NCBI GenBank assembly: GCA_964187785.1
Contig: OZ076409.1
Coordinates: 11,968,001-12,032,000 of the forward strand
DNA from: Amphiscolops sp. MND2022
Lineage: Eukaryota
Length of the DNA stretch: 64,000 bases
Reading direction: 5' to 3'
Below the pieces are notes generated by a model. It did not search any database and was not told where the DNA came from. It was given only the letters and a program-made list of their open reading frames with translations. Of the stretch, positions 38,701-55,229 are shown piece by piece. The translations under genes were made by a program, and so were the position numbers. The first letter of the stretch is position 1. Each line of letters opens with the position of its first letter.

Positions 38701-39396
38701 AAATATCAAGTTTCACACCAGAAAGTTTTTTCTAGAAACCGGTCTCCGAAATATTCGACATTTTTCTGATTTTTCTTACCGACGTCCCATTCAAATTTTA
38801 GCAAGCATAAATCCTTTTTGCGAGCAGAGGGTTTTTTGAGGTTTTTCGGCAATATGCGAATTTCCGAAAAAAAAGATTCCGAGATTTCCGAATTTATGAA
38901 ATTTTTTGAAACATGCTTTTACGAGTTTTGGTTTTTCGTGGTTTTCAGTTGAGGAAAACCGTTCTCCAACTCTTACTGACCTTTTTGGTTATTTTTTGGT
39001 CCTTTGGGACTGGTGAGAGTCTTCTCAGAAATAATTCCTGACAAAATTGAGCGGCAACTTTCATCTTTGCTGGAGTATGATTATATACCGCATCATTGCA
39101 AGTCCTGTTCCCATTCCTCTGGTTTGTTGTTGAAAAGAAATACATTTTTCAGTTCAAAAATAGACCAAAAATGAATTTGTTAACCAGGATATTTTGCAAT
39201 ACAAACTACAATTTAAGACCACACTTTTGCATGATAAACTCATATTAGGCTTGGTAGTGAAGGTTTTTTCATCCCTCAAGCTAATCGAATAGTTTGTTAC
39301 GGCTATTTCAATACAGTTTTCAGCCCATTTTGACTCAATGTCAGCACTTTTCATTGCAATTATAATTAAGTATTCATAGAAAAATGGGCTTTCAAG

Positions 39397-39862
39397 CAGG
39401 GGTGTTCAATTAATTATGGCAAAGAACAATTATTGCAATTAAACAATTACAATTATTGATTTGACGACTCTGTTTTCCAACAATTATTGATTGCGCGTAA
39501 TCCTGTGAGGAAATTATTTATTGCAGTGTACCATTTTCCCTGAATTCCACCTACGCTCAAACGTGGCAGAGCGACTTTTTAGTCGAGCGAAATTTATGAT
39601 GACTGATTATAGAAAGAAACTTTCGCCAAGCAATTTTGAGTCTCAAATGTTTTTGATGATAAAAAAAGCTTTTTGGGCTCATTTTGATGTACAAGAAATT
39701 TTGTAAATTCAAGCTTCTTTATCAGTTTGTTTTTGACCACAATATCTTGAATTATTGATTTTTTAGAAGTGAAAAATCAAATTATTGATTTTTGAAGGCT
39801 TAAATATAAATATATTGATTATTTCGAGTCAATATATTACAATACAATAATGAACACCCCTG
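39397..39862 (+). mobile_element. Internally deleted hAT transposon with C-terminal dimerisation-domain remnant (39521-39706)
   Basis: 12-bp TIR CAGGGGTGTTCA/TGAACACCCCTG; 8-bp TSD CTTTCAAG/TTTTCAAG; peptide SNVAERLFSRAKFMMTDYRKKLSPSNFESQMFL. Confidence 0.9.
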
Positions 39863-40419
39863 TTTTCAAGAGTTTTTAGAAAGTGTTTAAAAATGTTGTT
39901 TTTACAAAATTATTTCATGTTCCCAAACCAAAGAATTGGATTTGAAAAATTCCAAAAAATTGAAGAGTCGATTTTTGAAACGCGGCATCTAGAAGTGCGG
40001 AATAGCTTTTAAAACGTTTCAAAACGTGTTTTAAACCGTTCTTCAAGCGCTTGTTTAAAAAATTATTTCCTTTCTTGAAAATTTTCGATCAGCCAGTTAC
40101 GGGTGCGAAAGCATCTTTACTAGTTTTTCTATACAAGGTAGTTTTTCTGTTGTAAGATACTTTCCATACAAATCAAAATGTCTCTGATCACCTCACCAAA
40201 GCAAAGAAAAGAATGACAAATTTATGTTATAATCAGATCCCGTCTGAGTCGCGTAACCAACCAACCAACTGAGCTAATCTGAAGTCATATTTGAAAGTCA
40301 GCTCTATGACTCACCCACTGTTTAATATAATACCTTTGTAGTTTACTAGTTTTGTTTATACTCAATACTTGTTCATATTAAATGCTCCAGTGGGAGTTGA
40401 ATGGTACTGGGAATATCCC

Positions 40420-40915
40420 ATATTTCCTTTTATGGTGCGACCAACTCCGAGAAGTGTGGAATTGAACAAATTCCGGAAACAAGTTACTGCTTAACTGATA
40501 AAACACGAAATTCGTTGAAACCGTTCCTAGCTAAGCTCGTTTCCATGGATATTCGCTGCTTGTTCGCAGAATTGAACAAAACGAGAGTCATTGCGACTTT
40601 ATTTCCCGGAAACAAGCAGCCCTAATTCCCGGAATTGGAATGACCTATTCTCAAATTTCTCAGCTTGAGGATGACGGAATTGAATTTTATAAACTTTGTT
40701 GGTTTTAAATGACACTTTAAAAGGTTGATGTAATGTTTCGTGCATCATAATGACGTAGTTTGGGAGAAATTATAAATCATTGGAATGCCAAACCAGGAAA
40801 GGCCGAAGTGAATTCTGGGAATGGGCTGAAAGGGACTGATAAGAGCCGGTTTCTCGCACGCCTTCCAACTCGTGTATTTATCCCCACTGCCCGTTTGGAT
40901 CTATTCCATTCCATT
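40420..40915 (+). promoter_or_regulatory. Putative actin promoter: CArG box, GGAATG/CATTCC sites, TTC-N3-GAA sites, TATA-like TATTTAT
   Basis: CCTTTTATGG at 40426-40435; GGAATG at 40637, 40782, 40818; TTCCCGGAA at 40603 and 40626; TATTTAT near 40875. Confidence 0.45.
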
Positions 40916-41017
40916 CTAACCAGCCAACTAGTTCAGAAGCACTTGGTGTCTGTTTCTCTACACCAATCATCCTAGTTTCACTCAGACTTCACTGTCAAAA
41001 ACCACCAGCCTGTCAAA

Positions 41018-43270
<2,253 letters not shown>

Positions 43271-44437
43271 ACCCGCGCTGCCGAGGCTGAACAAGGCCGC
43301 CGCATACGGGGATGGGAAAGTTGCATCATATGAATGCTGTGAATGTTTCTGCTTTTTCCACAACCTAGTTTGTGCCTTGTTCAAACTATATTGGCAATGA
43401 TTAATCCTGCAACGAACTCAATATATTAATACAAATCCATTAACATATTCTTTTCTCCGTCTTCCTTAGCCATTGTTAAAAATCGGTTGCAATTTAATAG
43501 ATAGCCGAGAGTATTTCTTTTTCCTCTTGCAAATTTAGAATTCTTCGATCAATGATTTCTCATTTTGCAAACTGAGAAAGTTTCCGAAGGTTAAAGAGCA
43601 ATGTTCATTAGAATTTTAATTACAATTTCAAATTGGATTCACATAGGGCTTGAAATTTGGCAGTATTTGAAAAAATCAAGGGAAATAAAAGCTTATAAAA
43701 CCCTTACTCGAATCTTGAGGAGCTCATCCATTGAGAAGAAAAAAATCTGAAAAAAAATTGCTCAACTTTCAAGGAAACAACATTTTGACAAGTCATTAGT
43801 AGCAAGTCATTGGTTAGGACATTCATTTACCGCCAATATCTTTCACACGGGAATCAAGAATTTCCAGCCGGCCTTTTTCGTACCTTTGCAATGTTCCTTT
43901 TTTGCGTTGAACAGAGTTTCTCACAGAATTGGATGACAGAAAAGAAACGCCCGCAATACATGCAGTCATGGAGATATTTGAACTTTTACCATAAAAAGTG
44001 ATCAAAAATTGGAAATGGCTAAAAACATTTTTAAATTGCAAACATCCCGGTGCTTGGCTGGCGACTTGTTTTAAAAATATGATTGTTGATTGCACAAGTG
44101 ACCAATATCAGCCAAAATGATCGGATATATATTCAGTCGAAAATTTAAAAAAAAACCCCGAAAACTAGGAGTGAAGGAAAATTGTATCCATTTACCACGA
44201 GCTGATGCACACTTTCCTCGGAGTAGAAGTATCCTACAACAACTTGGCATGGTGCATATGAGTTGCTGAAAGGCGTCACAACGTCAAACGTTACGTAATT
44301 GTCAGACTGTCATGTAAAGTACCTACCTAGGCAGTAGAAATGTACATCTATACTATTACTCTTTTTTTCAAAAATCAACAACAACTCTTACTAATTCAGA
44401 AAAAGAGCAAATTAAATGTTGTTGCAGTACTATACAA

Positions 44438-44928
44438 GCAAACCGGGACCGCCCAAGTTGGCGCCATATCTAAGGCTCAAAAATAGCAAAAGGACTTCAA
44501 AATGTCAAAGTATTGGTGAATTGGGGACCCTTTTATGAGAAAGAAAATTTGAAAAAAAGTCTCACAATGCCAAAAAAAGCTGAAAGGGGGACCTTTTGGG
44601 ATTTTTCAACATACATTATGTCCCAAAACTCCGAAAAAATTGAAGGGGGCCCTCTGGGGAAAAGAATTCCCGAAAAAAGTCTCGCAATCCCGAAAAAAAC
44701 TGAAAGGGGGACCCTTTGGTCTCGTCCGGTATTGTATGTTACGCGGGAAACCTTTTTGGTTCAGTTCCTTGAGCCAACGGGTACAATTTGGTGTCTTCTT
44801 GAAATTTTGTAGAACTTTTGGGGTAGAACCATTTTGGTCACTTCAGGTGTATCGAAAAAACTTTTTAAAAAACACTTACGAAAAGCCATGACTTTAGTCG
44901 ACTCTTTTCTCTAGAAAAGCGCCGACTA
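44438..44928 (-). mobile_element. Helentron/HINE-like element, copy 3
   Basis: Shares both termini and the internal repeat with 34571-35347. Confidence 0.7.
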
Positions 44929-45883
44929 AAACCATCAGTTAAAACACAATGCAATACAAAATTATATTCTAAGTTCACAGATTCATGACCTAGATAACAT
45001 AAGATCAGCTGAATTTTTCCAATCCAATGCATTCACCAAAAATGCCCCTTGAAATTTTTAACTCAGAACTTTACTACAGAAAAATTTTCAGAAGTACTAG
45101 AATTACTGAAAAACCGTTTTTTTCATAACCGAATGGACCAGCCTATAATATAGTATACGCTGATTGTAAACTACATAACGATTCCCAGCATGAAGCTTGA
45201 AAACTTGCAATTATTGTTATCAAACCTTATTAGTGATATGTTATAAAAATGAACTCTATTGAATCCTTGCATTCAATAGTCTAGACTGAAGACCCGTCAT
45301 CTGTTTTCAAATCACTGTCTATAATAATTGAGTTGATGTAGAAGTAATGAACTGTTGTAATTGTACACTACATATTAAGTTCGTCAGAACACAGTTGCTA
45401 TTAGAAACTCTTTTTAGACAAATCGAATTTTGAAATTCAATGCGATTTTACAGCAGTTAGGATTATTAGATCATCAGATACAACAAAAAAGTCAACCCAG
45501 TTGAAAACTCTATTAGTGCAGTCATTGAAAACGGAAGGTACTAATATGCACGTAATCCATTTTTAACATGTGTTTAACTTTTTATACAATGCAGTAAGTA
45601 ATTTGCCGACCCACGGGTTTTTTTGATGATCAGGGGACCGTTCATTGACACTGCACAAGAGGGGTGCAGCTTGCAGCGCATCCTAGACTGAAACCCCTCA
45701 TAAGATATTTTAGTGAAGTTAGTTAGTTCCCTAGTTGAAACTGCGTGAAGCTTTTGCATGATTTTATAGGCTGCCAAACACTTTTAGCATGATTTTGGGA
45801 GTTTCATGAAAAATCATTAATGCTAAATTATTTCCCTGATGCAATGCTATTTCTTCAGGTATTTATTAGTATTTCTATACAAT

Positions 45884-46267
45884 TTGGCGGGTGTTCAGAG
45901 CAACATCAAGGAACTTCAAGAAAAATTCCCCGGGAAAATTTCCATGTTAAATAAAATATTCATTTCTTGGCCCTATGACACTTTCTTCTTGACGACGAAT
46001 ATTGAGTACACCGATGTGTACGGTCCCCTTCTGATCAGATACAATATGGCGCAGTTGGCAATCTCAACCAATTGACATATTCTTGATAAACCAACGATAA
46101 AACAATATGCACGACACGGTTAAACAGAAAAGACCCCAGACAAAAAAAAACAACTTTTGACTCAGTATTCGTCGTCAAGAAAGTGTCATAGGGCCAAGAA
46201 ATAAAATTTTTTATTTAACAGGGAATTTTTCTTGAATTTCCTTGATGTTGCTCTGAACACCCGCCAA
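45884..46267. mobile_element. MITE with ~105-125-bp terminal inverted repeats
   Basis: TTGGCGGGTGTTCAGAGCAACATCAAGG...GACGACGAATATTGAGT mirrored at 46160-46267. Confidence 0.8.
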
Positions 46268-46335
46268 TATGGACCATCATTGCTCAGGAAACGTTAACTG
46301 CAGTTAACGTTTCCTGAGCAATGATGGCCCATATT
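46266..46335. repeat. 70-bp spacer-less palindrome with one mismatch
   Basis: Centre ...GTTAACTG|CAGTTAAC... at 46300/46301. Confidence 0.9.
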
Positions 46336-48232
46336 CGCCTCACACATTGATCTGTAACGAGACCTTGAATTGAACAAATTTTCAAAAAAAAACGAAGTGT
46401 GACAATGAGTAAATTTGTACACTTGCTGTCAGAAGGACCAATTGAGGAAAAATAAAACCAGAATAGACGTTCAAAGGCGGATCAACTAAAAGAATAACGT
46501 TTTTTCTTCCAAAGAAAAGACTTGTCGTCCAAATAATCTCAGATTAATCGAATAAAGCCATCTTGTTCTATAAAAATACCTTCATAAATGTCGCACCATG
46601 CCAAAACTACACAAAAAGACTTTTTAGTTACAAAAGGATAAATTTTCGTGTTTCAAAAATATAAAAAATTGAAACGAGAGACAAACTAGTGTTCTCGAGA
46701 GAACCCAAAATTCGGAGACTTTGATTTCAATAAATTATTTATTCAGTTTAAAAAGGAGGAAAAGCTCAAAGAATACATTCTGCGACTCTGGATGTAGTTT
46801 CTAACTCTCAGAATTATTACTTTTATATAATTTTTTACATTGAAAACCAGAAAAATTAATAAAAGATGATGGGCGTCAAAAAGTAGCACATTGCCAAAAA
46901 CATGAACTACCACATAGACCAAGAACCACTACCACACAAGAACAAACTTCGAGATACTGAAAACAGGTGGGAAACAATTGAAGTGGGCTCCCCGTCAAGG
47001 CTAAAATAGATCAGAATCTTTTACATTAGTTCAAGATCCATTGTTGAAAAGATTTCATGAATCTCACACTACGGCATAATGACTTGAAAAATCACTCTTG
47101 AGACTCGAAGAACGATTGTCCCTCACTCAAAACATCAATGATGAAACGTTTTTGAGAAACATTTTCTGGAAAAAATTGTCGAAAAACCCAAAGGACCTTC
47201 TGTAAATACGCGGAACGTCTTCAAATTATCAAAAATCTTAAAACCTAGCGCTTCGGAAAACCAAACATTGGAGGAAAACGTCACAGCACATAATCCAATG
47301 ACCGCCGTTTGAAAAATGCCAATTGCAAGTTTTGGAGCAAGAAGTTCGAGTTAAATTGAATGCGAACTTTTCGTTTTGGTTCATTTTGACAATTTTCATT
47401 TCATTTCAGAACCTAACACTTTTTCGTTGAAGGTATTTGGAAACGTATTCTAACAGTGGCCTGATGCTTTTATCAGTACATCAATACCCTCAAAAAACTG
47501 AGTCAGCGATCGGGTCATCTGGTTTTATTCTTGCTTGAAAGAGTAGTCAAAATGTTTTCAAAACTCCCATAAACAGCTGAATGTTTTTTTGAACACTGGA
47601 TCTTCATACCACCGGAAACGTCCAAAACTTGTAAGAACAATGCAAACAGAAAATTTCACAAAAAAGATCTGCCCTTTTAATTTTTTGATTTTGTCAAGTC
47701 TTTCAAGTAGTCAAAGTTTTCAGTTTCAAAATCCAAAATTCAGACGAAAACTGAAAAAAACAACCGCAAAAAAATTTTGAAACTTTTGAGTCATTCGTCG
47801 AAACTATGTTGTTGACAAATGATAAAACAGTTTGCTTATTTTTAGTGTGTGTGTCTGTGGATAATCAAATACCAGGAAAATGCAAATATACACAAAGATA
47901 TCGTGGAACTTTGTGAAATTTATAACTGTTGCCACTTTTTGCTGCTTTTTGGACAATTCTAGGCAATTTCATTCAATAAACATCGATTCCCTTCATTTCA
48001 AAAGTGTGCTAAGTGGAGAAACTTCTGTCTTCGAACTCTGGGTTATAACAGTACAAACAACAACGTTTCGAAATTAGGCAAAAACTGCATAATTGTTTCA
48101 TGAAAAGAAAAGAAACGGCAATGTTCGCTTTTGTTCTTTTTGGGCAATACGAAGCTTTTTTATATTTAAACATTGGATTTCTCTCTCTCGAAAGTAGTGT
48201 TAATGAAGTGCTCATTTTTTGTTTGAACTCTG

Positions 48233-51200
48233 TGTGGTAGCGATCATAAAAGAGCAACCATTGTGTTGACAAAATACCTGCTCCGTTGAACAATTTGTTC
48301 AACCAAAAGATTCAACACCACCAAATGGTCTGAAACAATACACAAGAAAGTTACCACCGAATACTCTTTTTAAACAAGCTTAGACCACGCGATCACATGG
48401 CGCTGTGAGCTGAAAATCAGCCCGTTGCGGGCATTCCCGTATTTTGGCAAGATGCATCAGCAGAGAGAGTTTATGAGTGGAGCCGGTGGATCGAGCTTTT
48501 CGAGGCCACATTAATGGCAAAATCTTCAATCTCCCTAGACGAATTAACCAGAGAAGCTTCAACAAATGCCAGAAGAAAAGAGCTGATGGGCGGGTCAGAA
48601 GAACAGATAGCCCAGAAAAAGGCAGTTAGTTTCCTTTACAATGCGCTCGGAGAGGCGGCAAGGAAAACGCTTTTGGACAGAAAGCCCAACTTGGACATAA
48701 AAACCATGAACTTAGACGAACTGCTAAAAGAATGCCAAGATGCTTTCCACAAGAAGTGAAACAGACTCATGGACAGACACAAATTCTTCAACCGCAAACA
48801 ATTAGAAGGAGAGACCCTAGAGCAATTTCGGCATGCACTAAACGGGCTGGCATCAAATTGTGATTTTGGAACCCAGCAAACCAGCCTAGTTTACGACATT
48901 TTTTCTCCAACATGAAGAATGTGGTGGTCCAAGAGAGGCTATTTACTGAGCCTACGGATAACCCCGAGGAGGCATTAAATTTTGCCTTTGCTTTCGAACA
49001 GGGCGCGCAGCAGAAAAAAACAATTTGTGTGAAAGCTGCAAATATCAAAGAAGTTATTTGTTCGTGTTCGCAGTGGAGAAGTACAATGAATGTTATAAAT
49101 GCGGTGAAAAACCCTTTTTAATGGGACATCAAAAAGTTTGCAAAGCAAAAGGCGTAGAATGCAGAAATTGCGGAAAAACCGGCCACTACGCCAGAATGTG
49201 TAGACTAAAGATCTCAGAGACAAAGAAGAATAACTCTGCGAACCGGAAGGTAAATGCGATTCGCACAGAAAGCCCGTGGAGCAGTTCAGAAGAAGAATCT
49301 GCCGAGGAAGTAGAAAATCTACACATAGATGGAAAGACGCCAAAGAACAAGCCGTTCGTGTTGAAAGGCAAATTCAACAGAAAACCGTTCCACGCGCTTA
49401 TTGACACCGGGTCGCCAATCACGATCTTCACCAAGGCCCATGCAGAAAAGATATTCGGAAAGCACTTTAAGATGAAACCGCTCGACAAGGAAGAGAAGCA
49501 TGTCGACTATAGCAGCAACAAGATTGAATTCTTGGGTGCAATTATCGGCCAAGTCGAATCCGGGGCGAAGAAAATGGATAAAGTGCGCGGATTAGTTGCG
49601 GAGAATGGGACGAGGACGGAGATAGGGAGAGATTGGCTGAGAGGCCTCGGAATCAAATTAAAGACGGAAGGTGGTAAGTGTCACAGTCCGCTCCCGGACT
49701 GGAATGCGGTTGTAGACGAGTCGGCTACGGAAGAGGCCATGGTTGTACCGCAAAACTCACAAAAGGTATTTTGGATTGTAAATTCTCGTAAGATTGAAAA
49801 AACTTTGACTGGAAGTACAAAATATTCGTCTGCCTTGCGCAAATCCTGAATAAGAAATGAAAATAAGAAATAAAATGATCTAAAATATTTTCACTCATTT
49901 CCGGCAAGACGTCTTTGCCACGTCAAAATAGTAACATTCGCCACCTGAAAACTAAATTAAGACACGTTTCAAAACAATGAGAGCATAAGCCAATCTAAAT
50001 GAAAACATATCCAAAATCATCTCCAAGAGGGACATCAATCAGATCCAAAAAAGAAAATACACTGAGATGGCACGCCGGAGAAACTAAGCCTTTTCTAAGA
50101 AAGGCAGCTTAATTACTCTTTGAACAGCAATTAGTATGGTTTAGGACGTCAATATTAGGACGAGCAAACGAAGCGGCGGAAGAAATAAGTATACATGTAT
50201 CTTTGTCGACGCAGACAAGTTTGAAGGTATACCAATTGACGTCACTGCCTCGCCTCGCCTATACGTACCAAAAACTCATTCCAATTATCCGCCTATACTA
50301 ATTGAATTACTAGAAATCATTTCAATTTACCGCCATTGTGACGTCACTACGCCGGCAGCTAGTTAGAAAATCGTTCCTAAAATACTTGTCAGCATTACGT
50401 CACACTAGTCAAAATCTCATTTCGGCCAAGAAAACTCGTCAACATGACGTTGACAAGTTTTTGAAATTAGACGAATTAAGTTTTTTCACCAAATTGATTG
50501 AGGAATTCACCGTTTTAGGCCGTACTTTCAGAGGAAATAACATTTACGATTCAGCCTAGGATATAAAATAAATATTCCACTAACGTTCCTAGCTAAAGAA
50601 ATAAAATGTAGGCTTTGCGATAGTTCCTCATAAATTAAATTTTCGTTATTCTAAACGCGTTAAATGGTCTAAAAACAATGAGTTTCTTTTCTGATCCTAG
50701 TAGGTAGAGTCACAGTTTATGTTTTTCTTTAATGGATAAATAACCATATTTTCGTGACAAAAAGGTATTTTCTTTACCCCCAACAATGATGTAAACTGTA
50801 AACCTAATATTTGCAAACATTTGTTCCAGTCTATTTTATATGACGTTTGCTAACATGTTGGTTTTGTATTCAATGTACTCTTTAAACCACCTAGATTTGT
50901 AAAACCCTATTTTTACTGAGTCCTGTGAATTGTGTGCTATCTCATAAGTGAGTCTGCGGATAGAAGGCGCTCTCATTTCTTTTACTACTGTTCAAGTTTG
51001 AAGTTTTCATGTTTCGTTGAATTTAATACAGTAACTTGTCGCATTTGTCGCGTCAGGACCAAATTGTTGATGATGAATGTATTTAATAGTACAATTCTAA
51101 TATTATTTCCAACGTAAAAGAGTGAGTCCAAATCCATAAAAAAATTGTCCTAGCATCGCTTAAGCAATCACAGTTTGGAAATTAGTCATATTTTTCCTCA

Positions 51201-54200
51201 AGTTGAAATTCAAAATCAGGTATTAGTTGTTCACGTCGGCGTCATCTCAGCGTCAATTTCCCGCGAACCAAACAGTAAAACAGGGAATCATTTCCGGTTT
51301 GATAGACTGAAGTAATATCTACCTCCTGTTTGAGAGGAGGCAAAAGGACGCCGGGATGAAATGATATGTTCGTGATAAGTGACTACTATCGAAAAATTGT
51401 AGTCGTGTCTTAAAAGTTGACGAAATGTCGATGCAATTTTGGGATCTTCATGATTTTTTCATCGACAAAACAGGAAATGACTAATTGTTCGAGGAAATTA
51501 GGGATTATGGTCGTGATCAAATGTTGCTGGGAGGGTATAAATACGGTAGAATTTAATGATTAAGGGACTCAGTCTTTTTCAATTGTGAAAATCAGTTATC
51601 TCATAACTTGCTCAATTTTCCAATTCTCAATCTAAAACTTTGTTGAAAACACTTTGAAAGTAAATTGAATTCTTCAAGATCAATTTCTCTCTACTTCGAA
51701 GTGTCTACCACTAGAAGCCAGAAAAGAAGAAACAATCAACAAGAAGTTGTTGAAAACGTAAGGGAAGGTTTTGTTTCGCCAGTTATAGCGGAAAACTTTT
51801 GTCCCTTGGACCAAGAAGTAGACGTTGTAGGCCCGTCAAAACCAAAATCTCCAAGAGTAGAAGGTAGCTTCTTAGAAAACTCAAGAGCCTCTCTAAAAGA
51901 AGAGATCACGTCTCAGATCAAGAATCTCCTTGTAGAGTCCCAGAAGGAAACGTTAAGACTTCTCAAGACGGAAACAAGGGAAAACATTTAAAAAAACGTT
52001 GAAGAAGAGACAGAGAACGAAACTAGGAGTTTCTACAACCATACAAAATCAGTTAGAATTAACTCTACCCAAAACAACGACCAGTGTAATAGTCGTAACA
52101 GTAAATGTGAAATTAATTGCATAAGCGAACCGACGAACTTGTTTAAAGAATTTGAAGAACTATTTCCAGGAAAAGGACGATTAGAAGGTCACGAAATAAA
52201 CGCGCAATTTAAAGAGAACTGCGTACCGAAACAACAAAAGGGACGAAGGATACCGCTCCAACTACAAAATTCGGTTGAAAATGAAATCAAAAAATTGATC
52301 AAAAAGGGACATATTGAGAAAGTCAACGAGATAAAAGATGACGTTTTCATACAACCTACAGTTATTACAGTCAAAAAAGACAAAAGCATAAAGATCGCAT
52401 TGGACGTAAGAATTATTAATGAAATCATAAAGAGGGACAAATATCAAATGCCAAACTTAGACGATTTAATGTGTTCATTAGCTGAAGCGATCACAGGTGA
52501 CGGATCTGGAGAAGTATGGTTCCCATCAGTAGATTTGAAATACGCGTTTGGACAAGTTCTTTTAAACCCTAGTTTAGCAAAACATTGTAATTTCGCAATT
52601 GTAGGCGGTAAGGCCAGCGGTATTTACCGATTTTTAACAGAATTTTACGGGCTAACAGTAATGCCCACCGAATTTCAAAAAATAATGGAAGAAATTTTAT
52701 TTAATATTGCAAATGTTTACGTTTTTATAGATGACATTTTAATAGTAACAAAGGGAACAAAAGAAGAACATGAAGAAAAAGTTAGAGAAGTTTTTTAAAA
52801 AATAGATAGTAGAAAATTGCAACTAAAGGAAGATAAATGCAAAATTGCAAAGAACGAGATCGAATGGCTCGGATTTGACATATCAGAAAAAGGGGTGAAG
52901 ACACACAATGAGAAAATACAGGGTATATACGGAAAAATGAAACCGAAAAACTTGACAGATCTCAGATCGTACCTCGGGGCAGTGAATCAGTTGATAAAAT
53001 TTATACCCGGACTAGCCCAGCTAACCGTTTAGAGATTTGTTAAAAACGGACGGAAATTGGGAGTGGAAAGAGAAACATGATATCGTTTATGATCAAGTAC
53101 AAAAAAGCCTCCAAAACATAGAAAAACTGTCACATTTTAACAGAGAAAGCAAATTGCGAATAATTTGCGACGCCAGCCACCAGGGATTGGGCGCACTACT
53201 GCTACAGGAAAAGGGCGAAATGGAGTGGGAACTCATATCTTGCGCTTCAAGATATTTGAGTAACTACGAAATGAAATCTTCTACGAATGAATTAGAACTT
53301 CTCGTCTTTGTCTGGGCAGTAGAACATTTCCGTAACTACATATACGGTGCAAAATTTGAAGTGCGAAAAGAACGCTGTACGCAATTTAATTAAAACTTCA
53401 AAGAACGTTCCGGATAAACAAATTGTTCAGTCGCAAAATTTGAAAACTTCACCCATTCAATCGATAATATCATCAATTGAGGAAAACATCTCTTCTACAT
53501 CTACTGAGCATTTACCCGAAGTTAAATTTCTAAAAGTAAAGTCATTTAAGGAAATAAACGACATTATGTTAATGGCAAATTACCAATCTGATTCTGGATT
53601 ACAAAATGTCAGAGAGGCAGTATTACGCCGAGATGTAAATTTCCTCAGAAAGAAGAACAAATTGTTCAAGCCAGTATTCAAAGATCTAAGAGTGGATCGA
53701 GAACTAGTATTCTTTGAGAACAGGCTAGTTATTCCCCGTGACATGAGGCAGGCAGTTCTAAATAGTATCCACAGTGGACACCCGGGACGTGATGCTGTGT
53801 TAGGATCCGTAGATGAAATTTGGTGGCCTCAAATCCACAGACAAATTGTGGCGATTGCAAAAGCCTGCAAAACTTGCCAAAATGCAGGTAAGAACATTAA
53901 AGTTATTGAAAGACAAAGTAAATTTGGAACTATTCAATTGAAAACAAAACAAGTAAACGAAGAAGTAGCACTCGATTTTATGGGACCATTCGCTGGCGCA
54001 CCCGAATATAAAAAATATTTACTTGTAGCCATAGATCAATTTTCCGCATATCCGACCTTAAAACTTGTCAAAAACATCGCAATGAAAGAAGTAGCAGATT
54101 TCCTACGGAAATATATTAGTGACAATGGAACTCCGCAAAAATTAAGAACGGATCAGTCTACGGTATTCATGGGAAATGAGTTTAGACAGTTCCGAAAAGA

Positions 54201-55229
54201 ACTAGGAATGCGGCACGTAGTCTGCCCCATATATGATCACCGGGGAAACGGAAAAGTTGAAAGATTGGTGAGGACAATAAATGAGAGGCTAAGAGCGAAT
54301 TCCGAAGTACTAACCGAGAAACAAAACAAATTGTTTTACGAACTAATAAGTGCGCTAAAAACTAATAAGGGAAAAGAAGGAAAATCTTCCTTTGAGCGAC
54401 ATACAGATAGAAAACCAAACACTGTAACATCGATAATTAAAAAACTGTACAAAGAATTAATTGATTTAGAATTCGACAGAACTGTGGATCTGGAAAAACT
54501 GGAGGAATTTCCCGGAGATGATGACAGCACCACATTTGTACGAAACCGCCAAAGAAAGGGAAAACTGGCAGGACTATTCAGGAAGCGAAAGGGGGAAAAT
54601 CACTGGCGAAGCCAGCCACACCATCAAATTTGTGCCAGCCGAAAGGACCAATGAGATTGTCCTATCCAAAAGAGAAGTGGCCACAGGCGAATAGAAGGCG
54701 AGAAAACAACAGAAGCCCAAGAAAGCCAAAAACTACGTGATGGAAGAGATCGATAAGGAGAAGAAACAGCAAACAGCCCAGGTCTTCGCAGACCTAGAAG
54801 AAGACGAAAGAAACCGCAACCAAGACACTGCCAACGATACTTCAACTGTAGAGGAACGGGCCAGAAGGGCCAGGAAGGCACCAGATCGATACGGTCTTCC
54901 TGTGTACATATGCGGAGTGTCAAAACCAAAATAAACTCTCTCTAGTTGAAACTCTTTAGTAGTGACATTTTATTAACTTGCTTACTTCATTAACCTTGTA
55001 CATTATGTTCTTGTTACTTGTAGTGTAAACGAAAATTCCCAACCGTCAATTGGCGGCGGGGGAATGTGGTAGCGATCATAAAAGAGCAACCATTGTGTTG
55101 ACAAAATACCTGCTCCGTTGAACAATTTGTTCAACCAAAAGATTCAACATCACCATATGGTCTGAAACAATACACAAGATAGTTACCACCGAATATTCTT
55201 TTTAAACAAGCTTAGACCACGCGATCACA
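48233..55229 (+). mobile_element. Full-length but disrupted Gypsy LTR retrotransposon; 165-bp LTRs at 48233-48397 and 55065-55229
   Basis: TG...CA LTRs differing at 4 of 165 positions; TSD CTCTG; PBS TGGCGCTGTGAGC (tRNA-Ser-like); PPT GGCGGCGGGGGAA; gag CRNCGKTGHYARMC, LIDTGS, FIDD, CDASH, integrase HSGHPG...CKTC, DFMGP, TDQ, VERL. Confidence 0.97.
49679..52100 (+). mobile_element. 2422-bp solo LTR nested in pol between protease and RT; carries gag-like ORF start (~51701-52100)
   Basis: TGTCAC...GTAACA ends; TSD GTAAG/GTAAA; removal restores the host frame EGGK-CEINCISEPTNLFKEF; TGACGTCA sites and TATAAATA near 51536. Confidence 0.9.
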
